Source: Conidiobolus incongruus B7586
Taxonomy: Eukaryota
Direction: 5' to 3'
Length of the DNA: 54,333 nucleotides
Assembly (NCBI GenBank): GCA_000697335.1
Contig: JNEM01012084.1
Span: forward strand, 1-54,333
Shown in pieces: positions 13,078-24,928 of the stretch. Made by a program: the position numbers and the translations under genes. A model generated the notes under the pieces. The model saw only the letters and a list, made by a program, of their open reading frames with translations, made no database searches and was not told the origin of the DNA. Positions within the stretch are counted from its first letter, which is position 1. Each line of letters opens with the position of its first letter.

Positions 13078-14618
13078 GTGCATAATCTTAAATTATTTCA
13101 CATCTTGATAGAATTTTTATACACATATAATATACAATATAAACAGTATTTATAAAAAATTAAATTTTAGATTTTCTACTATTTTAGGCATTTTCAAAGG
13201 ATCTTGCATTAAATTAAATTTTTTATATAATAAATAGAATTTATTAATTTTTACCTCAATATTATCAAAAACACAGGGTCCATTTTTTTAGAGATTAACT
13301 CTATAAATTTGATGAAAATTAAATAAAAAGAAAAATTTTTAAATTTTAGTAGGTTTTAATAATTATTAAAATATTCAAAATCACATCTGATATCAACCTA
13401 AATCAATAACTCAAATCATGACATTATTTTGAATTATTAATTGATCAGTTTAAATTAAGAATTCTCATAATACATTTTCATTATCATTTAATAAATTAAA
13501 ATTTAAATAATTAAATATCACAAGTCTTGAATAAATATATTATTATATAGATACATTTATTAACATTGTCTATTATACAAGTAATTAATATGATTTCATT
13601 CTTATTATTTAAAAATTAATTTTAATACCCATAAATTAATATAATCACTTTCAATATTAAGATCACATAAACATATCTAAAAATTTATAATGTTTAAAAT
13701 TTAATTTATATATATCTCGAATGATTTTTTTTTCAATTTTTGTAACTACAATTATAGTATTTAAAAATTATTACTTTAAATACTTATATAATTATTATAT
13801 GATTATTTAAATAAATAATAAAATATTTTGAAAAATTATCTATAAATAAATATATAAATATATAAATATATAAATATATATATATTGTTTTTGTATTCAA
13901 AATTTATCACATTTAATAATTCAATTTATATATTTGTCTAAATTGAATATATATTTTTTCAATTTTAAATATTCATATTGAATTTTGCATACGTTGATAT
14001 CTATCAAGGAATAAATCATTTTATAGTTATATACCTGATTACATAAATGAATATTAACTAATTCATCAATTTGAAATTATTGAAACAAAGTTCAAAATAT
14101 TTAATCATTAAAACTATAAATGAAAAGACATCCAAAAGTTTTAAATGACGAATTTAAAACAAAAGTTAAAATTAGCTATTGAAATATAATTATTAAATGT
14201 ATTAAACAATTTTAATAACTGAAAATGATTTTAAAAATTTTAATGGTATGTATTATGTTAAATAATAACAATAATAGTACACTAATAGCTTATTTAGATG
14301 ATGTTTAACGTAAAATATAAGTGAAAGAATGTAGATACTATCGAGATTAATTGCAAAAATGATAAATTAATATTTTTACAAATGTTTTTTGATAAATTTA
14401 TATCCAATTCTCCAAGAATTAAATATCTAAAATAATTTAAATAGTGAATAGTTATTAAATTAAATAGACTAATATACATAATCAAAACATTATTAAGTTC
14501 TCTATAATCAAATGAATTTAATTAAATGATTGGGTTAGATATTATACGAATTAGTGAAGTTCAGATCATTTTATATGATTTTAAAAGGATTGAAATATGT
14601 GTAAAATGATTGATCTAT

Positions 14619-15774
14619 TTAAAAGTTTACAAAAAGGTCGTGATAGGGATCCTGTTCAAAATTGTTACCATAAACTTCAGCGGTTTCGGGATAGACGTCA
14701 TAATTGCTCATATCGCCATCGCCATTCACCATTGGAATGATAGGAGGCAATACTTGGCGCTTCTCAAGTCTATTCCACTCCATATCAAAGAACCATTTAT
14801 GATTTTTGATGTCGTTGACACCTCCTTTCAAATTACCATAGCGTTTGGATAGATCCTGTGTCAATAGCCTTTTGACCAAATCTTTTGCGAGTGGGTCGAA
14901 AAAACTGGGGAATCGAGGGTGGCCAGCTAAAATTTTTTCGTACAATTTAACTTGGTCTTCGTCGTAAAAAGGAGGGCAACCAACCATCATTTCGTAAATT
15001 AAAATACCTAAGGAATACCAATCCACAGCCCTTCCGTAACCTTTGGAATTAATTACTTCTGGAGCGAGGTAATCCGGAGTACCACAAAGAGTCCAAGTAA
15101 CGTCAGGAACATATTTGGCGAAACCGAAATCCGTTAATTTAATATGACCTCTCGAATCTAGTAAAATATTTTCAGGTTTTAAATCTCTATAAATAATATC
15201 TAAAGAGTGTAAAAATTCAAAAGCTAAAGTCACTTCAGCTGCATAAAATTTGGCTACATGACCTGGGAATCTCTAAAGATTATATAAATAAATAAATTAG
15301 GTAATAATGAAATAAAGTAATTACTTGAAACTTCCTTAGATAACTAAATAGTTCACCACCCGCAATATAGTCCATAAATACGAAAAGGTTGACAGAATCT
15401 TGAATAGTGCCTAAGAGTCCGACCAAGAAAGGATGTTGACAAAGTTGAAGGACTCTTTTTTCGTTGTGAACGTGTTCTACTTGCTTTAGTCTGACTATTT
15501 CCGATTTTCGGAGTACTTTCATTGCGTAGAACTTTTGGTTCAGTTTCCTTTTTACTAGGTGCACCCTACCGAAGGATCCCGTGCCCAACGTACGTAAAAT
15601 TTCAAATTCATTCAAATTTAGTTGGGGTGGAATACCTTGAAGATTAGGAGTTGAAGGACTGTCCACAATATTCGACTTTTCAGGAGATCCGGAAGGGTCG
15701 ACTTCTTGAGGCAACGTGGACGACGCAGCTCTAGCCGGAGTGAATCTCATGCAAGAAGTGAGAGGGGATGCCAT
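14619..15774 (-). CDS. PKA-C (TPK): cAMP-dependent protein kinase catalytic subunit; 2 exons (15774-15325, 15272-14619), 367 aa
   Basis: [49 protein letters not shown] and C-terminal FxxF (FVNF). A 52-nt intron joins [18 protein letters not shown]. Confidence 0.97.
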
Positions 15775-17076
15775 AATAGTAATATATTAGAGATGTATAG
15801 GTTTTGAAGCTATAATACACTTGAATAGTAATTGATAAGTTATAAAGAATTAAAATCAAAACAGTTGTTAGTAAACAAAAGTTAGTTTTTTGGTAAAATA
15901 CAAGTTTATGTCAAATGTTAAAAAAAGGGATAAGCTCTCAACTAAATAATCATGAGTTAATTTAGGTGATTATTAGCTATTTCAATTTTATAATATTAGT
16001 GAGCTTGGAATCGATTGGTTGGTGGTTAGGTTTTGAATGTGAGATTCTCTGAGTGTTCAATGAAATCCAAGTATCTCTTTGCATTGACGATATTGCGCCA
16101 ATCTCATCCTCACACCTTTTTAATTAAATTACGAATCCATTCTGAGTTACACCTTCCTTTCTATCATTCTCATCAGTTTATTATTAGATTCATTGTTAAT
16201 ATCATCATCTCTATAATCATCATTTACAAGTCACAAATTAATATCATTAAATATTATAAAATTTAAAAATTTATGTATAAAATTTCTAAATAATAGTTTA
16301 ATATATATAAAAACAATTAATACATCTAGTTTACATTATTAAATTTTATTAAATAAAAAATATTTTATTAGTTAATTCATATCCAAATTATTCATATATT
16401 GCACTAATTTATACTAAGAACATTTTATTGAGAACATTTTAACATATTAAAGATGATAAACAAATATATAATATATTTTTGGATGAAAAAAAGCAATATA
16501 ATTAAAGAATAATGACAAATTAATAATATTAAACTTATTGAACTGGTTAATACTTAATTACACCAAAATAATAATAAACAAATATGATTTAATTATAATG
16601 CAATAATTTGAACTGATTTAATGAAATTAATAATTATAATATTCTTGAAATGAATGGAAATGTTAAAAATAAAAATAGTGAGTTTATTTTTGAAAGTCAC
16701 AAATTTCAATGTTTTAAAATTTAATATTATAAATTACTATTATCAATTTCAAACATATTAGTAGATGATTTTAAATGAATATTTTTAGATTAATAAAATT
16801 ATAGATTATTAGAAAGCTGTAGCTAAACCATAAAAATATGTATATATTAAGATAAGTTTAGAAATTTGGTTCAACTATTTGTTTTGAAACTTATATTTTG
16901 ACAATTTTACTAAATTTGAACTAATCAAAAGCAATTGAAACCTGGGTATCGGTTTGAAATTGGTTGAAATTTCGACGGTATGGTAATATTTGGAATATGG
17001 AGGCAACTATTTGAAAATATAGAAAGTAAATTAAAAATTGACTTGTAAAATGCATATTTATTGAATCAATTGTTAA

Positions 17077-17907
17077 CTAATCGTCATTACTTGAATCGAA
17101 AGCTCTCAACAATCTCAAAATAGCAATAAATAGATTGATAAAATCTAGGTAGAGCTCCACACTAGCCAATATATACTCTTCGGGAGATACTCGAGTCATT
17201 ATCATTTGGGTATCAACCATGATGAGAGCACTGAAGATAATGGCGGAAGCGATGGAGACGGCAAGTTCGAAGAAGGAATTAAAGGGGATGAAAATTTGGA
17301 CGATGCCCACTAGGATTAAGCCCCAGAGACTCATGATGAGATACGGTTCCCAGCTCGTGAAATCGTAATGGGATTGCATAGCTATGAGAGTGAGGCTGAC
17401 GAAGATGCCCAAAGTGACTAGGAGTGCTTGCAATACGATAATTGTATCGTAATAACTGATTAATGTACCTAAGCTCAAACTCTCCAGCAGAGTAAACGAT
17501 GTCAACAAAACGAAATTTGTGGGGTAGGACTGTCTCTTCCAAATGAGTGCAAATAGGTTAAGAATACTTAGGACAGCTGCAACGATAGGTATCCACTGAT
17601 TCCTAAACAAAAACAAATTTAAATGAGGCTCAAAGCTAAAGAGACCTGCGACGAGGGAAGTGAGTCCTAACTGGCATACTAAGATAAAGTAAACTTTGCG
17701 AATAAAAGCATTCCGAATGCTAATGTCGCTCTGGCCGACCGTCACACCGTATTGGAAATCGTCGGGAATTTGAGTATTGTAGTAATTGGAAGTGTTGCCT
17801 GAGGTCAAATAGTCATTGTGGCCGTATTGTGGGCCTTTGTTAAAGGGATTAGTTTCGGAGTATTGGGGCGGCTGGTTGGAAATAGAATGGTAATTGTTGT
17901 TGTTCAT
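17077..17907 (-). CDS. BXI1: Bax inhibitor-1/TMBIM family membrane protein (Bxi1/lifeguard-like), 276 aa, intronless
   Basis: IRNAFIRKVY.IL..QL, YPTNFVLL..FTL.E, about 7 TM segments, DTQMI and SPEEYILASVELYLDFINLF. Confidence 0.93.
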   Translation of the reverse strand: MNNNNYHSISNQPPQYSETNPFNKGPQYGHNDYLTSGNTSNYYNTQIPDDFQYGVTVGQSDISIRNAFIRKVYFILVCQLGLTSLVAGLFSFEPHLNLFLFRNQWIPIVAAVLSILNLFALIWKRQSYPTNFVLLTSFTLLESLSLGTLISYYDTIIVLQALLVTLGIFVSLTLIAMQSHYDFTSWEPYLIMSLWGLILVGIVQIFIPFNSFFELAVSIASAIIFSALIMVDTQMIMTRVSPEEYILASVELYLDFINLFIAILRLLRAFDSSNDD

Positions 17908-18138
17908 TATTTAAAGTAAATAAAGAATGATTAGAAATTTGAATGATTGACAATTATAAATATTATTAAATCATCATTTTTTCTAATAATTTCTATTTTG
18001 AGATACAACATTAAATATTGAATTGGATAAAGTATTTTGATTTGGTAAATTTTGCAAATATCTGAGCCTTGAATAATTAAGAAGCTTTCATTATAATCAA
18101 CAAAATATTTTAAAATTCAAAAATCAATTAATAGCATA

Positions 18139-18880
18139 TTATTGCATTTTTCTAACAGTACTTTGATAAATTAATCCATCGACAGTGGTAGCTAACTTAT
18201 TAATTTTCTCTTTGACGCTCTTTCGTCACAATTCTTTCTATGACTTCACCATCACCTCGTATTAATCTAATAATATTAATTGAATAAAGCGTATGGTATA
18301 TGGTTATTTGATTAATTACCTGGTTCTTCCACTTAATGGATCGTAAACTTCACGAATGACGGATTGTCGTTTGTTGTACTCTTCTTTCGTCATAGGTATC
18401 ATAGGAGCTCTTCGTCTCTCTAGATTATTTTAAGTAAATTTTATTTATTAAAATATATTTATATAAAATACTTGGAGGATTATCATTATTTATATTAGTA
18501 GTAGTATTAATATTGGGTTCAATTTGAAGTCCTTTGGGTTTATCTTCAACCTCCTTTTCATTTATTTTGCTACTATCCTCAGTTAAGTGTTCTCGAACTC
18601 TATCTTTATCTCTCTTTGATTTTTTATACTTGTGATGTTTTCTTTTCTCCCTATCCTTATCTCTGTCTCTACTTCTATCCCTCTCTCTATCCAAACGACT
18701 TTCTCTTTCTCTTTTATGTTTACGCTCCGAACTTTTCTTATGTTTGTGTTTTTTATAATTGGAATCGTCACGATATTTATGTCTATGTCTGTCTGTTTCT
18801 CTACTTCTATCCCTCTCCCGAACATACTCTCTCACATCCTCCCTATCATATTCACGTTTTTTATTTCTTTCATATTCCAT
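18139..18880 (-). CDS. ARL6IP4: ARL6IP4/SR-25 nuclear splicing-associated protein; 3 exons (18880-18472, 18419-18320, 18266-18139), apparent +1 frameshift at 18204-18207
   Basis: RD/RE/K-rich N-terminus; spliced C-terminus [52 protein letters not shown], with the conserved continuation INKLATTVDG in the shifted frame. Confidence 0.8.
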
Positions 18881-18955
18881 ATTAAATGATTAAAATGATC
18901 CGATTGGTAAAAAAAATTTGGAATGACAATGTATTTTGATCTCAAGTTAAAATAA

Positions 18956-18964
18956 ATCCCATAA
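18956..18964 (+). promoter_or_regulatory. Recurrent upstream motif ATCCCATAA in the ARL6IP4/MGR2 divergent promoter
   Basis: Exact 9-mer 111-119 bp upstream of the MGR2 ATG; same 9-mer precedes four other genes. A reverse CCAAT (GATTGG) lies at 18902-18907. Confidence 0.55.
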
Positions 18965-19074
18965 TAATTATGTCATTTATTAAAATTATAAAGGAATTTT
19001 TATACTATAGTTAATAAAATAATAAACACAGATAATTTTATCAATATAATTTTAATAACAATAAACTAACAAAG

Positions 19075-19368
19075 ATGAATCACGAACCTTCAGTTTTTGA
19101 CAAAATGAAAATGGGCTTTGTTATGGGAGGTGTCGTCGGTGGTTGTATGGGCTTCGTCATTGGCTCATTTACCGTTCTCAATTATGGACCCGGACCAGGG
19201 GGCTATATGCGAACTATCGGTCGTCATATGTTGAACAGTGGTGGTATGTTTAGTGTGATTATGGCTTTTGGTTCTATTATTAGAAATGATCAAATGAAAC
19301 CCCTCCAACACAATATTTATAAGAGAAATTATCATGTTAGAGTGGTTGAAAAACCAAAACTAATTTAA
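19075..19368 (+). CDS. MGR2: Mgr2/Romo1, TIM23 complex gatekeeper subunit, 97 aa
   Basis: PSVFDKMKMGFVMGGVVGGCMG...GG.F...MAFGSIIR matches the Romo1/Mgr2 signature. Confidence 0.93.
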   Translation: MNHEPSVFDKMKMGFVMGGVVGGCMGFVIGSFTVLNYGPGPGGYMRTIGRHMLNSGGMFSVIMAFGSIIRNDQMKPLQHNIYKRNYHVRVVEKPKLI

Positions 19369-19554
19369 AAGATTTTTGTCAAATTAAAATAAATATTATT
19401 GTTATATCTAATATTTATTTAATTTTCTTAATTGTTTAATATACTTCAAGTTCATCTTTAACTTAATCAATAAAAATATAACGTTTTTTAAATTGAATTA
19501 TAATAATTAATAAAAAATATACTATTTCAAACTTTTGGTTGAAAAACTAAATTG

Positions 19555-19570
19555 ATTACAAATCCCATAA
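19555..19570 (+). promoter_or_regulatory. Upstream motif ATTACAAATCCCATAA
   Basis: Ends 89 bp upstream of the predicted ATG at 19659; identical 16-mer on the minus strand at 47951-47966 upstream of RAD3. Confidence 0.6.
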
Positions 19571-19658
19571 TTTGGATTAAAACTGATATTCATATAATTC
19601 AACCGAAATCCCAGTACAGATCTAAAACGTGATAAACCTATTCAAACCAATTAAAACA

Positions 19659-20917
19659 ATGTATTTTAATAAATTTAAACCCAATCACTTTAAAATTCAT
19701 TTTAATCAACATTTAAAACGTCAATTTTTTCACTCTTCCCAGTTTGTTCAAGTAAATGAGTTAATTCAAATTATTTGAATTTATTAATATTTTTATACTA
19801 GAGACCTTTGATTTATAAAAATCTATTAATGGTGGGAGGAGGTATTGGATTAGTGGGAGTGGTTTCTGCATCTGCTTACTTTTGGAATAGACCCACTATT
19901 GCTTTGGAGGCTAAGAATAGCAAAGGAGTTGAAGAGAGTATCAGTAATTATAACAAATACCCATGTATTTTTAATAAATTTAATAGGCCATTTTTTAGTT
20001 GAGCCCAATACAGGTCTCAGTTACCCACGATACATTCAACCTTTACACGATTCCCCCAATACAACTTTCCAACTGGTAGGGTGTGGCGTCCGTCGAGTAA
20101 CATTCATGGGATTCACAGCTTATTCCATTGGGATTTATATCAACAACGAACATTTGAATAAATTGTTAAATAATTCTAAGTGGAAAGTAATGAATATTTA
20201 TTTTATCCTATATATATATATTAATGCTAATATTGATTATAGTACTTTGATAAATCAAAATTTTTAGGGGATAATGACTATTGTGAAGAATTAATTGAAG
20301 AATTAATTAATAATAATTATGAATTTTTAATACAAATTAGTAATATTTTAATGATACATAGAATAGATTGATATTTACTTTTATTTAGTCCCCGTTAGAA
20401 ATACCAATGGAAGTCACATTAAAGGAGGATTAATTAGATCTTTGCAGTATCATTTAAATCAACAAAAACAGAATAACTTATTAAGTAATTTTGAAATCCA
20501 AGTAATCCATTTTGAATATATATTATATTTTTATATTTATATATAATTATAGGATATTGAAACCTCTATCAACGAATTTGGTCAAACCTTCCCCAAAGGC
20601 ATGATCGAAATTTATTCTAAATTAAACTTTATTAAAACTTTTAAGAAGAATGAAGCGTTGTTGATGGTCACTCAAGATGTAATATCTTATTTCATAAACC
20701 GTTCAATATATTCTAATTTATTATTTAGAATCAACTGAGAGGATATGTGGATAGCCAATGGATCATTAATAATTTATTGAGAGCTTATTTATCTGGAAAG
20801 AAATTGATCTCTCAAGAGGTAACTCTAATAGAATTAATATTATATATAATTATATTTATTTATAATTTTCAGATTCGATTGTCTTTAAGTGAAGAAATTG
20901 AAAAATTAATCAATTAG
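19659..20917 (+). CDS. Mitochondrial chalcone-isomerase-fold protein, Aim18/Aim46 family; about 8 exons
   Basis: Spliced N-terminus MYFNKFKPNHFKIHFNQHLKRQFFHSSQFVQ|RPLIYK is presequence-like, followed by one TM, then EPNTGLSYP, FQLVGCGVRRVTFMGFTAYSIGIY, PVRNTNGSHIKGGLIRSL and YLSGKKLISQE. Introns at about 19752-19801, 19944-19998, 20187-20241, 20340-20388, 20502-20552, 20679-20728 and 20819-20872. Confidence 0.85.
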
Positions 20918-21354
20918 GAATTGGAATAAAATTTACAAAGATTCGATTTTGGTGTCAAAAGTTTAAGATGTATATCTATTTTATTGAAAATAATTATTAA
21001 TAAAATTATATCTTAATAAAATTCACTTTGATAAATATTAAACTAAGAAAATTGAATTTGCAAAAATTACAAATTATAAACGCTATTGATAAATCTAATT
21101 AAAAAATAGAATTATAAATATGTGATGAAGTAATTCCATAGAATAAATGATAAGAAAAATACAAAATGTATATGTTAAATAAATATGAAAGTTAATTTAA
21201 TGTGAATAAGTAGAAAAAAAGTAATAAATGACTAATGAGATGATAAGGAAAAAATATATATAAATAAAAAAAATAATATAAGGAAGGAAAGAAAAAAAAT
21301 ATTTATCAAATTATATATATGATTTATATGTCATATTTAGAAACCATTCCACAA

Positions 21355-21426
21355 GGCTTCATGGTCTAGTGGTATGATTCCCGCTTTGGGTGCGGGAGGT
21401 CACGGGTTCAATTCCCGTTGGAGCCC
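21355..21426 (+). tRNA. tRNA-Pro(TGG), intronless
   Basis: Acceptor GGCTTCA/TGGAGCC, A box TGGTCTAGTGG, anticodon arm CCCGC-TTTGGGT-GCGGG, B box GGTTCAATTCC, downstream T runs. Confidence 0.97.
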
Positions 21427-21651
21427 TATGAAATTGAAAATTTTTATTTTTTGTTAAAAATATCATCCTGCTTTTAATATTTTTTAAACCTCAGTATTAT
21501 TAAATATTTAGGTTTTATTTTATATTTTTAGTCATACTCCATCATTTTGAATAACATTTCTTCTATATATATATTATAATCATAGTATAAAATCGCCATT
21601 TAATCAAATTTTCAAATCCTTGTTTTTTATTTGAATAACAACATAAAATTA

Positions 21652-22644
21652 CTAATCTCTTAAAGCATCATAAAATTCTTCCAAATTTAAACTATTTAGG
21701 GAGCAAGCTACTAATCTTACAGAATTAGTGAGATGATTGAATTTAAATGACTTGTTCTCGAAGCCTAAAAACTCGGTGCCGTTAGCTTCGTCGCTACCCT
21801 GTTCGTCGATGTTTTTGCCGACAGTTTGTCTGATGGAATTACTATATTGGGTGAATAAAGGTTAATTATATAGATAACAGTTTGATGATTTAAATTTTAC
21901 ATTTCAGATTCTAAAATTTCTTCAATTTTTTCGGGCTGTAAACTGTTAGGGATATCTTGCTTGTTACAAATTAAATATAAAGGGATTTGCTTTTTGATGA
22001 CGTGTTGATTGGACAAAATTTCGTATAAAAATCTAGAGAATAATTATTATTCATACAGCGATATTTTGTGATATATTTAGAACTTACTCTCCAACTTGAT
22101 TACGTTCCTTCTGAATAGTGCTAGAATCGATAAAGAAGTAAATTTTATCAGTTCCTTCAATAAGGGATTTGTAAAGATGGCGATGTTGTTCACTTCCGGG
22201 ACAGTCGACGATATTAATAGGTTTGGGTAAGATATTCTCTCCCTAATCAGTATATTTAATATGATTTACTATAACTTGATAATTATCAGATTTACTTCAA
22301 AAGTCTTTGGTTGAATATAACCTTGGTTAGATTTGTAAGAGGTATTAGTTAACATAAAAGTATTAGTACGTAACTAAACAGAAAAAAGTTAATAATTAAA
22401 AATAAATAATAAAAATAACCACTTACAAAACTAAACAATGAACTCTTTCCAGAGTTTGATAGCCCAACAAACAAATTCACATTCTTTTCCTTCTTTCTAG
22501 CCAGGTAAGCTTTGTAGGCAGCTAAATAATCAATCTGTTAGACGAATAAAGTAATTTGAATGATGTGTATTTACCAATGACACAAGCTATCAAAAAACCG
22601 ATAGAGACGAAATGATTTAACCATAAAAGATATTTTGGTAACAT
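21652..22644 (-). CDS. SRPRB (SRP102): Signal recognition particle receptor beta subunit; 6 exons (22644-22575, 22521-22427, 22373-22296, 22242-22088, 22032-21901, 21841-21652); absent from the ORF track
   Basis: N-terminal TM, P-loop VGLSNSGKSSLF, IVDCPG, YFFIDSS...VGEFLYEIL, ICNKQD, LESEINSIRQT and FLG.E.K.FKF..L. All GT-AG junctions keep the frame. Confidence 0.92.
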
Positions 22645-23940
22645 TATATTTATTTATATATTTTTTAGATTATTATGATTTTTATTTCATTAAACAACCA
22701 TAAAATTAAATTCAAAGTATTCAACTTATATATCAAATTGCCAATTCACCAAAATATTTTATGTGAAAAAATTTGAATTTGGAGAAATTATTATAGGATT
22801 TAATTTGCTGAATTTTATCAAAGTAATCATATGATTTGATCCAATTTTTTGAAATGAGGTCACAAGCCATAAATTATAAAAACTTTAGTAAATATACGAA
22901 ATTTGAGGCTATTATAGAGATTTTTCTATTTACTTTTATTATATTGGATGAGAACATTAGATGGAGTTATAATAAAAATCATGTATGTCAAGGATCGAAT
23001 TATTAATTCTATAGAAAGACGGGGTATTGAATACACTTATGATAAATTAGAAATATTGATTATATTTCATATCAAGTTAAAATTATTAATTACACTTTAT
23101 ACAATCATTTTAAAATTTTTAATCACATATTTACTCAAAAATATTTTTTTTCATTCTATTCTCTGAATCATGATTTAAAAAATTATATTTGCATCAATTT
23201 GGAAATAACATATATTGATTTTGAAACTAATATGAAAGTATTTTCTCGATACTAAAATAAAAAAAATTCAAAATATGATACTTGGATTGATAAGATTTTC
23301 AAGGCTAAAGGTTATATTAATATTCGAAATTTATTTTTTGTTAGATAATTTTATAAAATCAAAAAACTTGTCAAAAAAAATAAATTCCATATGTTAAATA
23401 TCAGAGAATTATCCAAAGTAAATAATTCATATCACTAAATAATTTTATTGACTAAAATAATTTTTGATGGGAAATTTATGGAAATGGGTAAAAAGGTTTA
23501 TCAATATTGAAAGGTTTAATAATGGTAGGAATTGATAGATGATGGTAAATTGATATTTATTCAAGTTTGTGAGAATTTAAAATAATGATTAATATTGTGT
23601 ATTGAAATATATACTAAATAGATTCAGTTATAATTAATAAATTTTTAAATGAAAATATTATCTTTAGAGTATATATATAATATTTAATTAGTTTGAGATA
23701 TTTAATACTAATAATTTCAGTTCAATATTTATTTTTGTTGAAAAATATTACCATATGAGTCGAATGTTATATTTAAAAATTATTATGAGAAAAATAATAG
23801 AATATAAAATTATTAGATAAAATCGTAAGAACAAAGAGTATATAATAAGTAAATATATAATTAAGATTAAAAAAGAGATTGTAAGTATTTAATGTGAATA
23901 AAAGAAAAGAGGATTGAACGATGTAATGGGAAAAAGAAGA

Positions 23941-24022
23941 TGAACAGAGAGAGGTTCGAACTCTCGCCTCCGAAGAGACCACGGCCTTAACGTGGCGCCT
24001 TAGACCACTCGGCCATCTGTCC
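23941..24022 (-). tRNA. tRNA-Leu(AAG), long variable arm, intronless
   Basis: GGACAGATGGCCGAGTGGTCTAAGGCG, anticodon arm CCACG-TTAAGGC-CGTGG, variable arm CTCTTCGGAG, T loop GTTCGAA, acceptor GGACAGA/TCTGTTC. Confidence 0.97.
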
Positions 24023-24928
24023 ATAATTCTTAAAATATCAGATTTATTATACTTTGTAAATGGTTGAACAAGTTTACTTTTTTATACTTCTAAATACCGA
24101 TCGCTAGTTTCTTTTGTTTATATTCTTATTAAAACTCTTTAAATTTCTTACCTTTTATTATTTTCTATTTTTTCTTTCTTGCTCTTAATTTTAGTTTTTA
24201 ATATAATTTTTTATTTTTATTGTCTTTTCAAATTTCCTTTTAAAATCAAAATTCAGTAAAATTATTATGTATTACACAACATTCAAGAAATGCCTATTTA
24301 TTTCAATTAAATAATTGTTTATGCTGAAAATTAAAAAACATCTTAACACGACATTGATTATATATTTTTATTAGTTTAATAATCTAAATTTTTATTCATT
24401 TTTAGACGGTTGTTATAAAATCTTATTTAGCCATATTATTCAAGTCATATTTTTCATAATGTTATTTATCAAACCTTAACAAATATCAATATTCCATATC
24501 AGTAAAATCTTAATAATTTTAAATTTTTCAAAGTAAATATCACCAATTCATATGATTGGTAGATTGTCTAAACTGAATCAATAAAATTGAAATTCTCAAA
24601 ATCATTAACTATTGAAATTTTTAATGTGATTGCACGAAACTTAATTAAATTGAATTTTAATATTTTCAAAACACTTGTATAAATACTTGAATCATCTCTT
24701 TATTAATGAATTTTTATATATTTTTCATTTATATTTAATATTATTTTACTAGTATTTTTTTTCTTTCTTCGGAATTGAAATACTAATTTTAAAAAAAATT
24801 TTCTTATATTAATTTAAAAAATTTGTATTTGAGTTTTTTGATCTTAATTATTAGTTATTTTAAATTACACTATTCTATCTAATATATATATATATATTTA
24901 AATCCTGGTATTTGAATTTTTGTTAATA

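Noticed and set aside
23773..24024. 83-aa ORF MDRWPSGLRRHVKAVV
   Set aside because: Translation of the tRNA-Leu gene plus AT-rich flank.
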